From the NCBI GenBank assembly GCA_050486505.1, contig JBJHDK010000028.1:1-29918 (forward strand): a stretch of 29,918 bases of DNA, read 5' to 3'. How positions within the stretch are numbered: position 1 is the first letter of the stretch; every line of letters begins with the position of its first letter. Origin of the DNA: Fibrobacteria bacterium (GTDB taxonomy: Bacteria; Fibrobacterota; Fibrobacteria; UBA11236). The notes beneath the pieces were generated by a model. The model saw nothing but the letters and a program-made list of their open reading frames with translations. It was not told the DNA's origin and did not search any database. Below are positions 1 to 8,956 of this stretch, piece by piece. Made by a program: the position numbers and the translations under genes.

Positions 1-1
1 G

Positions 2-2161
2 CACTTGCTTCTCGCATTGATGAAGGATCATGAAAGCGCCGCCGCCAACTCGCTGGCGGCCGTCGGCATCGAGTACGAGCGCGTAAAGGAAGAGATCGAG
101 CGCGTGCTGCGGGGCGGGGACTCCTCCGCCGCGGGCGAGGCCGGCGCCGCACCGCGCAAGAAGTCCAAGACCCCCTTCCTCGACCACTTCGGCCGAGACC
201 TCACCGAACTCGCCCGTCAGGGACAGCTTGATCCGATCATCGGCCGCGCACAGGAAATCGAGCGTGTCATCCAGATCCTGAGCCGCCGCAAGAAGAACAA
301 CCCCGTGCTCATCGGCGAGCCCGGTGTCGGCAAGACCGCGATCGTCGAAGGATTGGCGCAGAAGATCGTGGAGCGCAATATTCCCGAGGTCCTCGAAAAC
401 AAGCGCGTGGTTACGCTCGACATGGGAAGCATTGTCGCCGGCACGAAATACCGGGGACAGTTTGAAGAGCGGCTGAAGTCCCTGATGACCGAGTTGCAGA
501 AGAACGACAACGTCATTGTCTTCATCGACGAGCTGCACACCATCGTGGGCGCGGGGGGCTCCGAGGGCTCGCTCGACGCGAGCAACATCTTCAAGCCGGC
601 ACTCTCTCGCGGCGAATTCCAGTGCATCGGGGCAACGACGCTGGACGAATACCGCAAGTACATCGAAAAGGACGGCGCCCTCGAGCGCCGCTTCCAGACC
701 ATAGTGGTGGATCCGCCCAGCCCGTCGGAAACGCTTCTCATCATCAAGGGCCTGCGTGCCCGCTACGAGCAGCACCACAAGGTGACCTACACCGATACTG
801 CGCTCGAATCGGCCGTGCGCTTCGCCGATCGCTACCTCAACGACCGCTTCATGCCCGACAAGGCCATCGACGTGATCGACGAGGCGGGTGCGCGGGTGCG
901 CCTCGCGAGCCTTTCCATTCCGCCCGAGCTGCGCGCGAAGGAAGCCGAGCTGGAGGCCGTGGTCAAGGAGAAGGAAGCTTCCGTCGAGCACCAGGATTAC
1001 GAGACGGCGGCGCGACTGCGCGACAGCCAGGAGCGCCTCAAGGCAGAGCTCGAGGAAATGCGGAAGGAATGGCGCGAACAGAAGCGCGAAGAACGCCTCG
1101 TCGTTGACGAGGAGGCGATCCGCGAGGTCGTGGCCAAGATGACCGGCGTCCCCCTGAACAAGATGGCGGGCGCGGAGACCGAGCGCCTTCTCCACATGGA
1201 AGATGAACTCGGACGGCGCGTGGTCGGGCAGGAGAAGGCGATCGAGGTTATTTCGAAGGCGATCCGTCGCTCGCGATCGGGCGTGCACTCCCTCAAGCGC
1301 CCCATGGGAAGTTTCATGTTCCTCGGCCCCACGGGCGTCGGCAAGACGGAGTTGGTGAAGGCGCTTGCGAACTTCCTTTTCGAGTCCGATGATGCGATGA
1401 TCCGCATCGACATGTCGGAGTACATGGAAAAGTTTGCGGTGTCGCGGCTGGTGGGCGCCCCTCCGGGATACGTCGGATACGAAGAAGGCGGCCAGCTCAC
1501 GGAGAAAGTGCGCAAGCGCCCCTACGCCGTGATCCTGCTCGATGAGATCGAGAAGGCGCACCCCGACGTCTTCAACCTCCTGCTGCAAATCCTGGACGAC
1601 GGGCAGCTCACCGACAGCTACGGCCGCAAGGTGAACTTCAAAAACACCATCATCATCATGACGAGCAACCTCGGCGCGAAGGACATCAAGAAGGGCACGG
1701 GGCTCGGCTTCGGTCGCGACGATGCCAACAGCGAATACGAGCGCATGGAGAAGATGGTGCGGGAAGAGGTCAAGAAGACCTTTAACCCGGAGTTCCTGAA
1801 CCGCCTCGACGACGTGGTCGTTTTCCGGACGCTCGAAAAGAAGGACATGGGGCGCATCGTCGACCTGCTGCTCTCCGAGCTGGAGGGCCGTCTTGCCGCC
1901 CGCGAGATCAAGGTGCAGGTCACCGAGCCCGTGCGTGAGCTCATCATCGAGAAGGGGTTTGACCCCCAGCTCGGTGCGCGCCCATTGCGCCGCTCCATCC
2001 AGAAGCTGCTGGAAGATCCCCTGGCCGATGAAATCCTGCGCGGCAAGGTGACGGACAACTCGGTGCTCAAGGTCGGACGCAAGGGAGAACAACTCACGTT
2101 CTCCGCAACCCCGACCCAGGCTCCGGAAAAGGATCCCGAGCCTGCCGAAGCTGCGGGCTGA
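2..2161 (+). CDS. clpC: ATP-dependent Clp protease ATP-binding subunit ClpC (5'-truncated by window)
   Basis: Two AAA+ modules (GEPGVGKT...FIDELH and GPTGVGKT...LLDEIEKAH), pore loops KYRG and GYVG, a short UVR-type middle domain ([11 protein letters not shown]) and a ClpP-docking LGF loop. The frame is open from position 2 (HLLLAL, end of a Clp-N repeat). Confidence 0.95.
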   Translation, partial: HLLLALMKDHESAAANSLAAVGIEYERVKEEIERVLRGGDSSAAGEAGAAPRKKSKTPFLDHFGRDLTELARQGQLDPIIGRAQEIERVIQILSRRKKNNPVLIGEPGVGKTAIVEGLAQKIVERNIPEVLENKRVVTLDMGSIVAGTKYRGQFEERLKSLMTELQKNDNVIVFIDELHTIVGAGGSEGSLDASNIFKPALSRGEFQCIGATTLDEYRKYIEKDGALERRFQTIVVDPPSPSETLLIIKGLRARYEQHHKVTYTDTALESAVRFADRYLNDRFMPDKAIDVIDEAGARVRLASLSIPPELRAKEAELEAVVKEKEASVEHQDYETAARLRDSQERLKAELEEMRKEWREQKREERLVVDEEAIREVVAKMTGVPLNKMAGAETERLLHMEDELGRRVVGQEKAIEVISKAIRRSRSGVHSLKRPMGSFMFLGPTGVGKTELVKALANFLFESDDAMIRIDMSEYMEKFAVSRLVGAPPGYVGYEEGGQLTEKVRKRPYAVILLDEIEKAHPDVFNLLLQILDDGQLTDSYGRKVNFKNTIIIMTSNLGAKDIKKGTGLGFGRDDANSEYERMEKMVREEVKKTFNPEFLNRLDDVVVFRTLEKKDMGRIVDLLLSELEGRLAAREIKVQVTEPVRELIIEKGFDPQLGARPLRRSIQKLLEDPLADEILRGKVTDNSVLKVGRKGEQLTFSATPTQAPEKDPEPAEAAG

Positions 2162-2191
2162 ACGGGAGGCGCCCCTTCCCGAAGTTCGACC

Positions 2192-2226
2192 GGGACGGGG
2201 CCCCCCGCCCCCTTCCTTTTTATATT
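2192..2226 (+). promoter_or_regulatory. Possible clpC terminator hairpin with T-tract, followed by a TATATT -10-like box for the bamA operon
   Basis: GGGACGGGG/CCCCGCCC imperfect stem, then CTTCCTTTT and TATATT at 2221-2226, an AT-rich patch in GC-rich DNA. Confidence 0.4.
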
Positions 2227-2354
2227 AGTCCGGCTTCTGGCGGCATTCGCCGTGCGGAACATGGCGGGTCGCGTTCCGCGCGACGGCCCGACCGGGCCAC
2301 GGCCCTGGGTTCGGTCGTTCCCAAACACATCAGCCGCTACCCAAGGACAGCGTC

Positions 2355-4751
2355 TTGCAGATTTTGAAGCTTTCCATTCGTGTTTGTCTCGTCACGTTGC
2401 TGGCCTGGGCGGCAATGCCTGCCGCGGCGCAACCGGGGATTTTGCAAAGTCCGTCTCGCGAGATCCGCGTGGCCGACATCCGGGTCGAAGGGAACCAGAC
2501 CGTTGATGCCGCGCTGATCCTCAACGCGCTCCAGGTCGAACTGGGCGAGAGCTACATGCCGGCGGTGCTGGCGAACCGCATCCGCGGATCCGTCAACTCC
2601 CTGAATCGCCTGAATCTTTTCTCCGACATCCGCATCGACGAGGAACAAGCCTTCGCCCTGGACGGTGTCGTCCTTTACGTGGTGGTGACCGAGCTTCCCG
2701 TGCTTGAGGCCGTGCGCTACGAGGGCAACCGCAAGCTGCGCGAGAGCGACTTCCGCAACCGGATCGACCTCATCGAGGGCCGCGTGTTTTCCCCTGGCGC
2801 GGTCGAAAGCTCCCGCTTGAAAATGCTCGCCGTGTACCGCGAGAAAGGCTACCTGCTGGCCTCCGTCAATGCGCGGCAGGAAGCCCATCCCGAGACGGGT
2901 AATCCCGTCGTCGTTTTCGAAATCCAGGAAAGGGACAAGGTTTCGGTGCGCTACATCACCTTCGAAGGAAACCGCAACGTCCCCGACAAGCGGCTTCGCA
3001 AGCGCTTTCCCGTGAAGGAAAACCGTTGGTGGCGATCCGGGGACTTCGACCAGGACGAGTACCGGATGGGTTTCGACGCGCTCCGGGAGTACTACCGCGA
3101 GCTCGGCCATCTCGATGCCTCGGTCGTTCGCGACACCATCGCGTACTCCGACGACGGGCGCCATCTCGACATCAGGATCAGGGTTCGTGAGGGCCAGCGC
3201 TACTACTTTTCGCGCGCGAACTTCGTCCACAACGACATCGTGCGCACCGAGGCGTTGCGCGCGCAGGTGATGCTGGACAGCGGAGCCGTGTTCAACCAGC
3301 GCACGTACGAGATGATGAAGTTCCAGATCACCTCCCTCTACCGCGAGGAGGGATACCTGTTCGTCGAGCTCGACGATCGCCTCGAGTTCCGGGACTCGCT
3401 GGTCGAAGTCACCTTTCGCATCCGCGAGAACAACCTGGCGCACATCAACCGCGTCGACGTCAGGGGAAACACCAAAACCAAGGACAAGGTCATTCGCCGG
3501 GAAATCAAGCTCTTCCCGGGCGATGTCTACAGGCAGTCGCTTCTGATGCGCTCGCAGCGCGACATCATGCAACTCGCCTTCTTCGACAACGTGGAGCCCG
3601 ACATCGAGCGCGCGCAGGACGGCGACGGCTCCGACGTGAACCTGATCTTCCAGGTCACCGAAAAGGAGGCCGGCACGGGAACGTTCTCTGCCGGCGCCGC
3701 TTACAGCGGCCGCGACGGCATGGTTGGAACGCTCGGTCTCCAGATCCCGAACTTCATGGGCAACGGCCAACGTGCGGACGCCAACATGGAGATCGGCCCG
3801 TACAAGCGGCTTTACTCGATCGGCTTCACCGAGCCCTGGCTCTTCGACACCCCGACGCTTCTGGGCGGCAGCCTTTTCTACAGCGACCAGCGCTCGCAAT
3901 TCGACTTCTACAACGATTACCTCCGCTACGGCCTGCGGGTCACGGTCGGTCGGCGACTGACATGGCCCGACGATTATTTCGTCGTGCGCGCGAGCTACAA
4001 CTTCACGTACAACGACCACGGCCAGGCTCGCGACAAAAACTTCCTCATCGTCGCCTCGGGCATCGAATCCTCGGTGAATCTGACCGTGATCCGGGACGAC
4101 AAGAACCTGCCGTTCTTCCCCTCTGACGGCTCACGCTACTCCCTCAGCTGGTCGCGCGTGGGCGGATTCATGGGCGGCGACTTCGACTACAACCAATGGG
4201 ACTCGCGGGTAAACTGGTGGTTCCCTGTGATCGAGAGGCTGGTGCTTGGGGTCGAATCCCAGTTCGGCATCATTCTCGGCGACAACGTCCAAAGCTTCTC
4301 CCTCTACCAAATGGGCGGCCTGCTGGGGTACCAAGGAAAGTTGCGCGGGTACCAGGCGGGCACCGTCGGGGGCGGACGCGTGGCGCGAAGCTACCTCTCC
4401 TTCACCACCGAACTGACCTATCCCGTGGTGCAGAACACATTCTACATGCTGGCCTTTTTCGACGCGGGCAACGCATTCGGAAGGCTCGCAAAATACGATC
4501 AGGCGCAGCGCGGCATCTTCAATCCCATCCCCAAGGACGAGGCTCCCAGCCCTTGGTCCGAAATCGACCTTTCGGACCTGCGTCGCGACGTCGGATTCGG
4601 TTTCCGCGTGGTCGTCCCCATGGTCGCGCCCTTCGGCATGGGCTTCGACTTCGCCTGGCCGCTCGACGATCTCGAGGACTTCAATGGAAACCGGGTCCCC
4701 CGATCCGGACGCGCCCCGCAGGTACAGTTCACGATCGAGCAGGGATTTTAA
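2355..4751 (+). CDS. bamA: Outer membrane protein assembly factor BamA
   Basis: Signal peptide, repeated POTRA motifs (IRVEGN, VRYEGN, ITFEGN, VRGNTKTKDKVIRRE), Omp85 barrel start (TGTFSAGAAYS...PNFMGNGQ...FTEPWLFD), LRGY loop-6 motif and C-terminal F. TTG start with AAGGA upstream. Confidence 0.95.
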   Translation: MQILKLSIRVCLVTLLAWAAMPAAAQPGILQSPSREIRVADIRVEGNQTVDAALILNALQVELGESYMPAVLANRIRGSVNSLNRLNLFSDIRIDEEQAFALDGVVLYVVVTELPVLEAVRYEGNRKLRESDFRNRIDLIEGRVFSPGAVESSRLKMLAVYREKGYLLASVNARQEAHPETGNPVVVFEIQERDKVSVRYITFEGNRNVPDKRLRKRFPVKENRWWRSGDFDQDEYRMGFDALREYYRELGHLDASVVRDTIAYSDDGRHLDIRIRVREGQRYYFSRANFVHNDIVRTEALRAQVMLDSGAVFNQRTYEMMKFQITSLYREEGYLFVELDDRLEFRDSLVEVTFRIRENNLAHINRVDVRGNTKTKDKVIRREIKLFPGDVYRQSLLMRSQRDIMQLAFFDNVEPDIERAQDGDGSDVNLIFQVTEKEAGTGTFSAGAAYSGRDGMVGTLGLQIPNFMGNGQRADANMEIGPYKRLYSIGFTEPWLFDTPTLLGGSLFYSDQRSQFDFYNDYLRYGLRVTVGRRLTWPDDYFVVRASYNFTYNDHGQARDKNFLIVASGIESSVNLTVIRDDKNLPFFPSDGSRYSLSWSRVGGFMGGDFDYNQWDSRVNWWFPVIERLVLGVESQFGIILGDNVQSFSLYQMGGLLGYQGKLRGYQAGTVGGGRVARSYLSFTTELTYPVVQNTFYMLAFFDAGNAFGRLAKYDQAQRGIFNPIPKDEAPSPWSEIDLSDLRRDVGFGFRVVVPMVAPFGMGFDFAWPLDDLEDFNGNRVPRSGRAPQVQFTIEQGF

Positions 4752-4784
4752 ATTACCCGAAACGGCTGAAAGAGGAGGCATGAC

Positions 4785-5303
4785 ATGAGATTCCTGATGG
4801 CGGTGCTCGCGCTGGCGTCGGTGTCCCTGGCGGACATCAAGATCGCCCACGTCGACACCAAGATGATTTTCGAGAGGTACACGGAAACTCCGCGTGCGCA
4901 ACGCGAGTATGACCGGCAGGTCCAGCAATGGGAGCAGGAAGCCCAGACGAAACAGCGCGAGCTCGTCGAGCTCAAGGAACGCATCGAGCGCCAGGCGCTG
5001 ATGCTTTCCGAGGAGCGCAAAAGGGAACTCGAGGCCCAACTCGCCCGCAGGGAAAGCGAGTACCAGCAGTTCGTCCAGCAAATCTACGGTCGCGAAGGTC
5101 TTCTCTACCAGAAAAACCAGGAAATGACCGATCCCATCGTCCAGAAAATCCGCCGCACCATCGTCGACGTCGCCAACCGCGAGGGCTACGACATGGTGCT
5201 CGACCGGGCAGGAGGAGCTGTCATCCACTGGAAGCGGGACAATGACCTGACCGACCGCGTGCTCGACATCCTGAACCAGGAAGCCGCGGGCGCGGGGCAA
5301 TAA
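4785..5303 (+). CDS. skp: OmpH/Skp periplasmic chaperone
   Basis: Signal peptide, KIAHVD start, long coiled coil, GYDMVLD...DLTDRVL end. Follows bamA and has an AGAGGAGG SD. Confidence 0.92.
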   Translation: MRFLMAVLALASVSLADIKIAHVDTKMIFERYTETPRAQREYDRQVQQWEQEAQTKQRELVELKERIERQALMLSEERKRELEAQLARRESEYQQFVQQIYGREGLLYQKNQEMTDPIVQKIRRTIVDVANREGYDMVLDRAGGAVIHWKRDNDLTDRVLDILNQEAAGAGQ

Positions 5304-5315
5304 CCCGCGCCTTTT
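5289..5315 (+). terminator. Intrinsic terminator-like hairpin overlapping the skp stop codon
   Basis: GGCGCGGG-gcaataa-CCCGCGCC followed by TTTT. Confidence 0.55.
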
Positions 5316-5330
5316 CCTCCACGGGGAGCC

Positions 5331-6293
5331 ATGCGATTCCCTGAAGGAATCGTTCCGGCCGAACTGCCGGACCTTGCGCAACACCTTTCGTCCCCTGCAA
5401 GCGAAGCGCCGGAACTGTTCCGGCGTTTTGTGTTTTTGGACGATCCGGATCGTGCAAGTCCCGGCTCCTGCACCATCGCGGGCAGGGGAGTTCGCCTCGA
5501 GACGCTCAAGCGCCTGCAGGCCGGCCTGTTGTTCGCCGAGGAAGATGTCAATGGTTTTCCCGCGTCCGTTCCGGTCACCCGCATCCGCGACGCGCGCCGC
5601 TTGCTCGCCGACCTGCTGCGCACCTTCGCCGCCCGGGCGGAGTTCGCCGCGCCCTTTCCTGCAGGCCGGGGAAACCGCATCCATCCTTCCGCCGTCGTCG
5701 AAGGCGTGTTGGAAGGCGACGTTGTCATCGAGGCCGGCGTCTTCGTCTCCGCCGGAAGTTTCGTAGGTCTGGGGAGTCGCCTCGAGGCGAACTCCGTGGT
5801 GCGGGGACGCTGCGTCATCGGGCGGAACACGATCATCCAGTCGGGTGCGGTGGTCGGAAGCGAAGGCTTCGGGTTCTTCGGCGGTGTAAAAGGGCTGGAA
5901 CATATGCCTCATCCTTCGGGCGTGAGCATCGGGAATGACTGCTTCGTGGGTGCGAACACCGTGATCGCCGCCGGGGTCTTGCATCCCACGGAAATCGGCA
6001 ACGGGTGCAAACTCGACAGCCACGTGCAAATCGCCCACAACGTGCGCCTCGGGAAAGGCGCCCTGCTTGCCTCCCAGGCGGGGATCGCCGGATCCACGGT
6101 GGTCGGCGAAAACTTCCGGATGGGTGGCGCAGCCTCGGTGGCCGGGCACTTACGAATCGGAAATCAAGTCTCCGTGGCGGCCAAGGCGGGTGTGACCAAG
6201 GATATCGCCGACGGCATGACCGTGGCCGGTTTCCCCGCACGGCCGATCGGGGAGTGGCGGCGGGACGAGGTCAAAATGAGAAATGAGAAATGA
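5331..6293 (+). CDS. lpxD: UDP-3-O-(3-hydroxyacyl)glucosamine N-acyltransferase LpxD
   Basis: Hexapeptide repeats, GSEGFGF, KLDSHVQIAHNV (catalytic His region), GFPARP, and operon position. Confidence 0.88.
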   Translation: MRFPEGIVPAELPDLAQHLSSPASEAPELFRRFVFLDDPDRASPGSCTIAGRGVRLETLKRLQAGLLFAEEDVNGFPASVPVTRIRDARRLLADLLRTFAARAEFAAPFPAGRGNRIHPSAVVEGVLEGDVVIEAGVFVSAGSFVGLGSRLEANSVVRGRCVIGRNTIIQSGAVVGSEGFGFFGGVKGLEHMPHPSGVSIGNDCFVGANTVIAAGVLHPTEIGNGCKLDSHVQIAHNVRLGKGALLASQAGIAGSTVVGENFRMGGAASVAGHLRIGNQVSVAAKAGVTKDIADGMTVAGFPARPIGEWRRDEVKMRNEK

Positions 6294-6390
6294 GAAAAGC
6301 GAAATGACAACCCGGCACATCCGCTGTTCTCGCACCATGCGCGCTTGCGTTGTTCCATTTTTCGCATTTCTCTTTTTGGATTTCGCATTC
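6274..6390. repeat. Inverted pair of heptamer tandem arrays (consensus AAATGMG), 5 units per arm
   Basis: Left arm 6274-6308: aaatgag aaatgag aaatgag aaaagcg aaatgac. Right arm 6356-6390 read on minus: gaatgcg aaatcca aaaagag aaatgcg aaaaatg. Confidence 0.8.
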
Positions 6391-6392
6391 CC

Positions 6393-7277
6393 ATGACCTC
6401 CCTCTCCGGCCTCTCCCTCCACTCCGGATCTCCCTCGACCGTTCGAGCCGTCCTTCGGGACGACGACGGCCTCGGCATCCGTTTCCATGTCCCCGGATTC
6501 CCGGAACCACTCGATGCCCGCAACCTCGGGTCGATGCTTCGGTCCGCGCGGCGCGCCACGATATTGACCCACCCGGAAACCGGTGCCGTCTGGAGAACCC
6601 CGGAGCACCTGCTGGCCGCCTCGCTTTTCTTCGCCGCCGCACCGCTCGACGTGCATTGCGACACCGATGAGCCGCCGGGGCTCGACGGCAGTGCGCGCGC
6701 GTGGTTCACCGCGCTGGCCATGGCCGCACCGGCGTCCGCGCCGCATGCGGAATACGCTGCGGGTGGCTGGATGCATGACGGGCCGGAGGGTTTCCTGCGC
6801 GCGCTGCCCGCAGAAAAATTTTCCGTGGAGTCCGTGATCGAACGCGGCGCGTTTCGCGATTCCTTCCGGCTGGAAACTTTTGGCGCGGCCCCGGCGGAAG
6901 TTTTGCCCGCACGCACCTTCATCTTCCTGCGCGACTGGGCATCCCTGAAGCGACACGCATCGGCCGCGACGGACGGGAGCGCTCTTCTCGGCGGCACGGG
7001 CGAGGAGTCCGGTCTTCTGCTGGCGGAGAGTCCCCATGAATTCGCGCAGGCCCGCAAAGAGTACCCCACGCTTTCCGGAAACGCCTTTCCATTGCTGCAT
7101 CCCGCAGCAATGCGCTTCCCGCACGAACCCGCGCGGCACAAGATTCTAGACTTGCTGGGCGATCTTGCCCTGAACGGGCTGGCGCTCCCGAAACTGCGCC
7201 TCGAGATCCGTAACGGCGGACACGCCCTCAACCACCTACTTCTGGAGCGCCTGCACCATGAGCGAAGCCACCCCTGA
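6393..7277 (+). CDS. lpxC: UDP-3-O-acyl-N-acetylglucosamine deacetylase LpxC
   Basis: GLSLHSG, TPEHLLAA (Zn His), PPGLDGSA, PARTF, HKILDLLGDLAL (HKxxD) and GGHALN. Start placed at ATG 6393 because the upstream extension in the ORF track is translated repeat. Confidence 0.9.
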   Translation: MTSLSGLSLHSGSPSTVRAVLRDDDGLGIRFHVPGFPEPLDARNLGSMLRSARRATILTHPETGAVWRTPEHLLAASLFFAAAPLDVHCDTDEPPGLDGSARAWFTALAMAAPASAPHAEYAAGGWMHDGPEGFLRALPAEKFSVESVIERGAFRDSFRLETFGAAPAEVLPARTFIFLRDWASLKRHASAATDGSALLGGTGEESGLLLAESPHEFAQARKEYPTLSGNAFPLLHPAAMRFPHEPARHKILDLLGDLALNGLALPKLRLEIRNGGHALNHLLLERLHHERSHP

Positions 7278-7734
7278 CTCTTCGACAAGCTCAGAGACCA
7301 CCGTCTCTCTCGACCACGATGCCGTCCTCAAGGCAATCCCCCACCGTCCTCCTTTTCTTTTCATCGACACCGTTCCCGAGCTGGTGAAGGGCAAAACGAT
7401 CCGTGCCGTGCGCGAGATCCGTGCGACCGACGATTATTTCGCCGGTCACTTCCCGGGCGAGCCCGTCATGCCCGGAGTCTTGCAGATCGAGGCCTTGGCG
7501 CAGGCCCTGTGCATTCTCATCGCCGAATCCTTTCCCGAGGCCGCGGCCGGAAAGCGCCCCGCCTTCGCCGGCATCGAGGACGTGCGCTTCCGCCGCGCAG
7601 TGCGTCCGGGGGATCTCCTCGAACTGAACGTGGAACTGGTCCTGTTCCGTCGCGGCTTCGCCACGGCCAATGCATACGCCGCCGTGAACGGCGAGCGCGC
7701 CGCCGAGGCCATCCTCAAGGCGACGATGGTGTGA
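7258..7734 (+). CDS. fabZ: 3-hydroxyacyl-ACP dehydratase FabZ
   Basis: IPHRPPFLFID, GHFPGEPVMPGVLQIEALAQ, FRRAVRPGD. GGAG SD at 7244-7247. Confidence 0.95.
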   Translation: MSEATPDSSTSSETTVSLDHDAVLKAIPHRPPFLFIDTVPELVKGKTIRAVREIRATDDYFAGHFPGEPVMPGVLQIEALAQALCILIAESFPEAAAGKRPAFAGIEDVRFRRAVRPGDLLELNVELVLFRRGFATANAYAAVNGERAAEAILKATMV

Positions 7735-8507
7735 TCCACCCTACCGCGCTCATTCATCCCGGTGCAACCGTCCCTTCCGATGTGGCCATCGGCCCGTGGT
7801 GCGTCGTCGAGGACAACGTGACGATCGGATCGGGGTCCGCTCTTGGCGCGTTCTGCCGCATACATTCCGGGTCGGAACTCGGCGAGAATGTGCGGCTCGA
7901 CGGCGGAGCCGTCATCGGAGGAGTCCCGCAGGACCAGAAGTACCGGGGGGAGCCTTCGCGAACCATTCTGGGAAGGGGAACCCGTGTGGGCGAATACGCC
8001 ACGATCAACCGTTCCTCGACGCCCGGAGGCGCCACGCGCGTGGGCGAAGGTTGTCTCGTCATGGCTTATGCGCATGTCGCGCACGACTGCGAACTCGGGA
8101 ACGGTGCCGTGCTTGCAAACGCCGCGCACCTCGGCGGTCACGTGCGCATGGGCAGCGGGGCGATCGTTTCGGGAATGACTGGAGTGCATCAGTTCTCGAG
8201 CATCGGCGCAGGCGCCTTCGTCGGCGGCGGATTGCGCGTCGACCAGGATGTGCCGCCCTACTGCCGCGCCTTGGGGAGCCCGCTGCGCTGGGGCGGGCTG
8301 AATCTCACCGGATTGCGGCGGCGCGGTGCAGAGGACGCATCGAAGCTGCTTGAAGGATTCTACCGCAGGCTTTACAACGGGTCCGGAGAAACGGACGCCC
8401 TGGAATGGTTGAAAGGGCAGGCAGGGTTCCAGGAACAAAAAGCCGCGATGGTGGATTTCTTCGCCCATCGAACCCGTGCCATGCTCCGCCGGGGCGCCGC
8501 CCATTAG
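7731..8507 (+). CDS. lpxA: Acyl-ACP--UDP-N-acetylglucosamine O-acyltransferase LpxA
   Basis: IHPTALIHPGA start, PQDQKYRGE, AHVAHDC, GVHQF, DVPPY, GLNLTGLRRRG. The GTG start overlaps the fabZ stop (GTGA). Confidence 0.93.
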   Translation: MIHPTALIHPGATVPSDVAIGPWCVVEDNVTIGSGSALGAFCRIHSGSELGENVRLDGGAVIGGVPQDQKYRGEPSRTILGRGTRVGEYATINRSSTPGGATRVGEGCLVMAYAHVAHDCELGNGAVLANAAHLGGHVRMGSGAIVSGMTGVHQFSSIGAGAFVGGGLRVDQDVPPYCRALGSPLRWGGLNLTGLRRRGAEDASKLLEGFYRRLYNGSGETDALEWLKGQAGFQEQKAAMVDFFAHRTRAMLRRGAAH

Positions 8508-8539
8508 GGCCGTGGGGGATCAGGGCGCGTACGAAGTCT

Positions 8540-8956
8540 TCACATCCAAAGACTCAGGATCAACCAGATCGCGGCGGCTCCCAACACGAGATTCGCGGCC
8601 GCATCGGCACGTGCGCGGACATGGTCGGCGGGCGCGTAGTCCATGCCCGCGATCAACTTGCGTTCCGTCCAGATCCCCAGGAACGACGAAAGCCAGAACT
8701 TGACCGCGGCCGCGATCAGGAACGCCAGTGGCAGGCCCGCGCACAGCAAGGTCCACAAGTAAATCAGCGGGGCGACCACGTAGAGCAGCATCCGCATGAA
8801 GGCGACGCGCCCGTAGGCACCCGTCTCGCGGACGATCTCCGAGAAGGCGGCTGCCTTCTCCCGGACGCCATGGTACCCGGCGGTCATCTGGTACACGTTG
8901 ATGCCCGCGAAGATCACGCTGAACACCGCGGCGGTCTTGGCGCAACCGAGCGACAT
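8540..8956 (-). CDS. Hypothetical membrane protein (138 aa, about 3-4 hydrophobic helices)
   Basis: Hydrophobic segments, GC3-rich codons, and a start overlapping the rsgA stop (TGATG). Confidence 0.7.
   Translation of the reverse strand: MSLGCAKTAAVFSVIFAGINVYQMTAGYHGVREKAAAFSEIVRETGAYGRVAFMRMLLYVVAPLIYLWTLLCAGLPLAFLIAAAVKFWLSSFLGIWTERKLIAGMDYAPADHVRARADAAANLVLGAAAIWLILSLWM

Noticed and set aside
1517..1525. CGCCCCTAC resembling a REP end inside clpC
   Set aside because: It encodes the conserved RPY motif of Clp ATPases and lacks the partner palindrome arm.
2337..6149. 560-aa and 672-aa minus-strand ORFs
   Set aside because: Antisense to bamA, skp and lpxD, which have clear family motifs.
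6345..6392. Upstream TTG start for lpxC given by the ORF track
   Set aside because: The extension is the translated right heptamer arm. Homology starts at MTSLSGLSLHSG (6393).
7509..7730. N-terminal extension of lpxA in the ORF track
   Set aside because: It overlaps fabZ out of frame. GTG 7731 gives the canonical IHPTA start coupled to the fabZ stop.
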